Position numbers and translations under genes: made by a program. From the IMG/VR virus record IMGVR_UViG_3300035698_004757, positions 1-64,000 of that record: a stretch of DNA of 64,000 nucleotides, one strand, 5' to 3'. The DNA is from a virus. Position 1 is the first letter of the stretch. Every line of letters starts with the position of its first letter. The notes below the pieces were generated by a model. The model did no database searches. It was not told where the DNA came from and was given only the letters and a program-made list of their open reading frames with translations. Below, one piece after another: positions 62,135-64,000 of the stretch.

Positions 62135-64000
62135 ATGACCGTTGCAACTTCCAATTTGGTGCGCGCCCGTAAAATACTCAAGGACGTATGGGGCTACGAC
62201 GACTTCCGCAAAGGCCAAGGCGATATCATCGCCAGCCTTGTCGCAGGTGAAGACACACTGGCGGTGCTGCCCACGGGCGCAGGCAAGTCAGTGTGCTTTC
62301 AAATACCTGCGTTATTAAGCGACGGCACAACCGTTGTCATATCGCCGCTGATTGCGCTGATGAAGGATCAGGTGGACGACTTAAACGCGATCGGCATCCC
62401 GGCCGCGTTTATCAACTCGACGCAAGACGATACAGAGCAGCAAGAGGTGCTGATTGATTTCACATCGGGTGCCTATAAGCTGTTGTACGTCGCACCCGAG
62501 CGGTTGCGCAACAAGGCATTCCGCGAAGCCATGAGCGGGGCAATGATTAACCTACTGGCCGTGGACGAAGCGCACGCACATCGGCAGGGTAGCGCAATCA
62601 CCACAACACGGGGCGTAAAGCCAGCCGAGCGCGTACAAGTGGGGGATGTCTTACCGGGCGTCGATCACACAACCGGTCGCGTAGCAACTGTCACCGTCCA
62701 CCGGGTGCGCAAGCGGCCCTTGCGGGTTGGTGAGGGCGTTGACATCTATGTGTCCACAGGCACACTGCGTGTAACTTGCGACCACCCTGTATTTGTGGTG
62801 GGTGTGGGCTACGTGCCTGCTGCGTCCGTTCAACCGGGAGACGAGGTGATTACCAATGCCGACTTGTCTAATGTGCAAACAGACGTTTTCGTTGGGGCAG
62901 CCTGTTCATTCGTCGCGTCCGAAGTCGCTAACGAGCCACGTATGTTCGTGCAGATGCCTACGGCTGTACCGGTTGAGCGTGACGCAGTGCTTAAACTGTT
63001 CCGCACCGTTGCTGCCAAACTCGAACCGAGTTTGTTGCTCCGTTCAGTGTGGGCGTGCGCGGCAGGGCGCTGGTTCGTCGCGGCGCATGAACGAGGACAA
63101 TCCTATGAAGTCGCCCGCAGTACGCTTGAAAGTATCCAAAGCGCTGAAGCGACGCGGCGACCCGTTCACCGAAGCGACTCGGGGAGGAAATGGGCGGAAA
63201 ATGCCCAAACCAGCGGCCCGTGTGTTGAAGTGGTTTCCGAGACTACTCCCGGAACATTTGGTTTGTATTGGCGAGAAGAGGAACGGGCACCCGTGGTACA
63301 TCAAAGCCGACTTCGCCGACCCACAACAAAAGAAGATCGTCGAAGTGGACGGGGGTTCGCACAAGCCGCTGGCTGCGAAGAAGCGGGATCGCAATCGCGA
63401 TGTGCTGTGCGTCAAAGCCGGGTGGTGCGTGTTGCGCGTGACCAACCAAGAGGTGCTGACACAACCACGGGAGACGAAATCGCGGATCAAAGCGTATTTA
63501 CGTTCGAGACCGACGGCGCGCAAACGTATTTCGCGGACGGCGTCTTGACGCACAATTGCGTCAGTCAGTGGGGGCACGACTTCCGCCCGGCGTACCAACG
63601 CATTCGTGACGTGGTGGCTGAGATGGATGCAGCGGGTAACCGCCCGACCATTCTCGCATGCACAGCCACATGCCCGACAGGTCTGGAAGACGACGTGGCC
63701 AAAGGCATCGGCATGCGGGAGGACTACACGCGGGTGGTGGCTGATCCGATTCGCCCGAACTTCACATACAACGTGATGCACGGCAACATGTGGGCCAACG
63801 TCACAGGCATCGTGCGCCGGTTCGATGTGGCAACAGGTCGATACCTTGTGTACACCACCACACGTCGGGCTGCGGAGATTATTGCGACCAAGATTGAGGA
63901 CGAACTCGGCAAGAACGTTGTGGCGTTCTATCACGCAGGGCTGCCCAGCCAAGACCGCGAAACAGTACAAGACCAATTCAAGAGCGGCGAGCGCCCCGTG
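62135..64000 (+). CDS. recQ: RecQ-family ATP-dependent DNA helicase, intein-containing, 3'-truncated by window end
   Basis: Hand translation from ATG 62135 (SD AAGGA): WGYDDFRKGQ, LPTGAGKS.CFQ.PAL, VISPLIALMKDQV, LLYVAPERL, AVDEAH|intein|CVSQWGHDFRPAY, ACTAT, FYHAGL; no stop to 64000. Confidence 0.93.
   Translation, partial: MTVATSNLVRARKILKDVWGYDDFRKGQGDIIASLVAGEDTLAVLPTGAGKSVCFQIPALLSDGTTVVISPLIALMKDQVDDLNAIGIPAAFINSTQDDTEQQEVLIDFTSGAYKLLYVAPERLRNKAFREAMSGAMINLLAVDEAHAHRQGSAITTTRGVKPAERVQVGDVLPGVDHTTGRVATVTVHRVRKRPLRVGEGVDIYVSTGTLRVTCDHPVFVVGVGYVPAASVQPGDEVITNADLSNVQTDVFVGAACSFVASEVANEPRMFVQMPTAVPVERDAVLKLFRTVAAKLEPSLLLRSVWACAAGRWFVAAHERGQSYEVARSTLESIQSAEATRRPVHRSDSGRKWAENAQTSGPCVEVVSETTPGTFGLYWREEERAPVVHQSRLRRPTTKEDRRSGRGFAQAAGCEEAGSQSRCAVRQSRVVRVARDQPRGADTTTGDEIADQSVFTFETDGAQTYFADGVLTHNCVSQWGHDFRPAYQRIRDVVAEMDAAGNRPTILACTATCPTGLEDDVAKGIGMREDYTRVVADPIRPNFTYNVMHGNMWANVTGIVRRFDVATGRYLVYTTTRRAAEIIATKIEDELGKNVVAFYHAGLPSQDRETVQDQFKSGERPV
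62576..63556 (+). mobile_element. Intein (327 aa, Ala1, C-terminal His-Asn, +1 Cys) in RecQ motif II
   Basis: Interrupts DEAH|C; AHRQGSAITTTRG.KP.E.V.VGD.L N-block, LRVTCDHPVFV (TxxH), VFTFET....YFADGVLTHN/C. Confidence 0.9.
62856..63548 (+). CDS. Putative homing endonuclease (Zn-finger + NUMOD3-like + Vsr/DUF559-like), nested in +1 frame inside the intein
   Basis: Own SD GAGGTG at 62843-62848; CxxC/CSxxC pairs; NPMKSPAVRLKVSKALK; ADFADP..K.IVEVDGGSH..RD..RD....GWCVLRVTNQEV. Confidence 0.85.
   Translation: MPTCLMCKQTFSLGQPVHSSRPKSLTSHVCSCRCLRLYRLSVTQCLNCSAPLLPNSNRVCCSVQCGRARQGAGSSRRMNEDNPMKSPAVRLKVSKALKRRGDPFTEATRGGNGRKMPKPAARVLKWFPRLLPEHLVCIGEKRNGHPWYIKADFADPQQKKIVEVDGGSHKPLAAKKRDRNRDVLCVKAGWCVLRVTNQEVLTQPRETKSRIKAYLRSRPTARKRISRTAS

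Larger units (their letters stand above)
1..64000 (+). mobile_element. Myovirus-type bacteriophage genome segment (T4-like head module, contractile tail)
   Basis: Co-oriented gp21-type protease, gp23-type capsid, gp13/14-like neck, sheath, gp19-like tube, tape measure and baseplate genes; no host housekeeping genes apart from a RecQ-like helicase. Confidence 0.95.

Noticed and set aside
63546-63563. TGACGCA-CAAT-TGCGTCA inverted repeat at the intein 3' junction, resembling the palindrome half-sites
   Set aside because: Spacer differs from the 16 true copies and the bases are dictated by the L-T-H-N/C-V-S codons; probably coincidence
63044-63976. 310-aa minus-strand ORF over the intein/RecQ
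   Set aside because: Antisense shadow of an already dual-coded region; no recognisable motifs

Overview
The window is a 64-kb piece of a GC-rich (roughly 60% by eye) tailed-phage genome with T4-like head proteins and a contractile tail. Essentially all credible genes are on the + strand. Order: small accessory genes and a thermonuclease (0.3-3.2 kb); acidic/basic putative internal-head proteins, two Ig-domain (choice-of-anchor-D-like) paralogues and a zeta-toxin/AAA_33-like kinase (3.3-14.4 kb); a 2740-aa multi-enzyme protein with Nudix, kinase-like and putative ART-like domains; gp21-type prohead protease/scaffold and gp23-type major capsid protein; neck, tail terminator, sheath, tube, chaperone and tape measure; baseplate and fibre genes; a holin/spanin-like cluster; then early-type genes ending in a RecQ-like helicase that runs off the right end. 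No portal, terminase, endolysin, tRNA, rRNA or CRISPR array was recognised. Best observations: (1) the RecQ gene is absent from the ORF track because it has no stop in the window. It carries a contiguous 327-aa Ala1 intein at its DEAH motif, and inside the intein DNA a complete zinc-finger/NUMOD3-like/Vsr(DUF559)-like endonuclease gene lies in the +1 frame with its own Shine-Dalgarno. (2) Sixteen copies of the palindrome TTGACGC-N-GCGTCAA occur every 2-7 kb, both between genes and inside genes. (3) A likely +1/-2 programmed frameshift precedes the tape measure gene. (4) A 'TFEFD' module is inserted into five different virion proteins, once nested inside itself. All family assignments come from recognising motifs by eye; no database searches were run.
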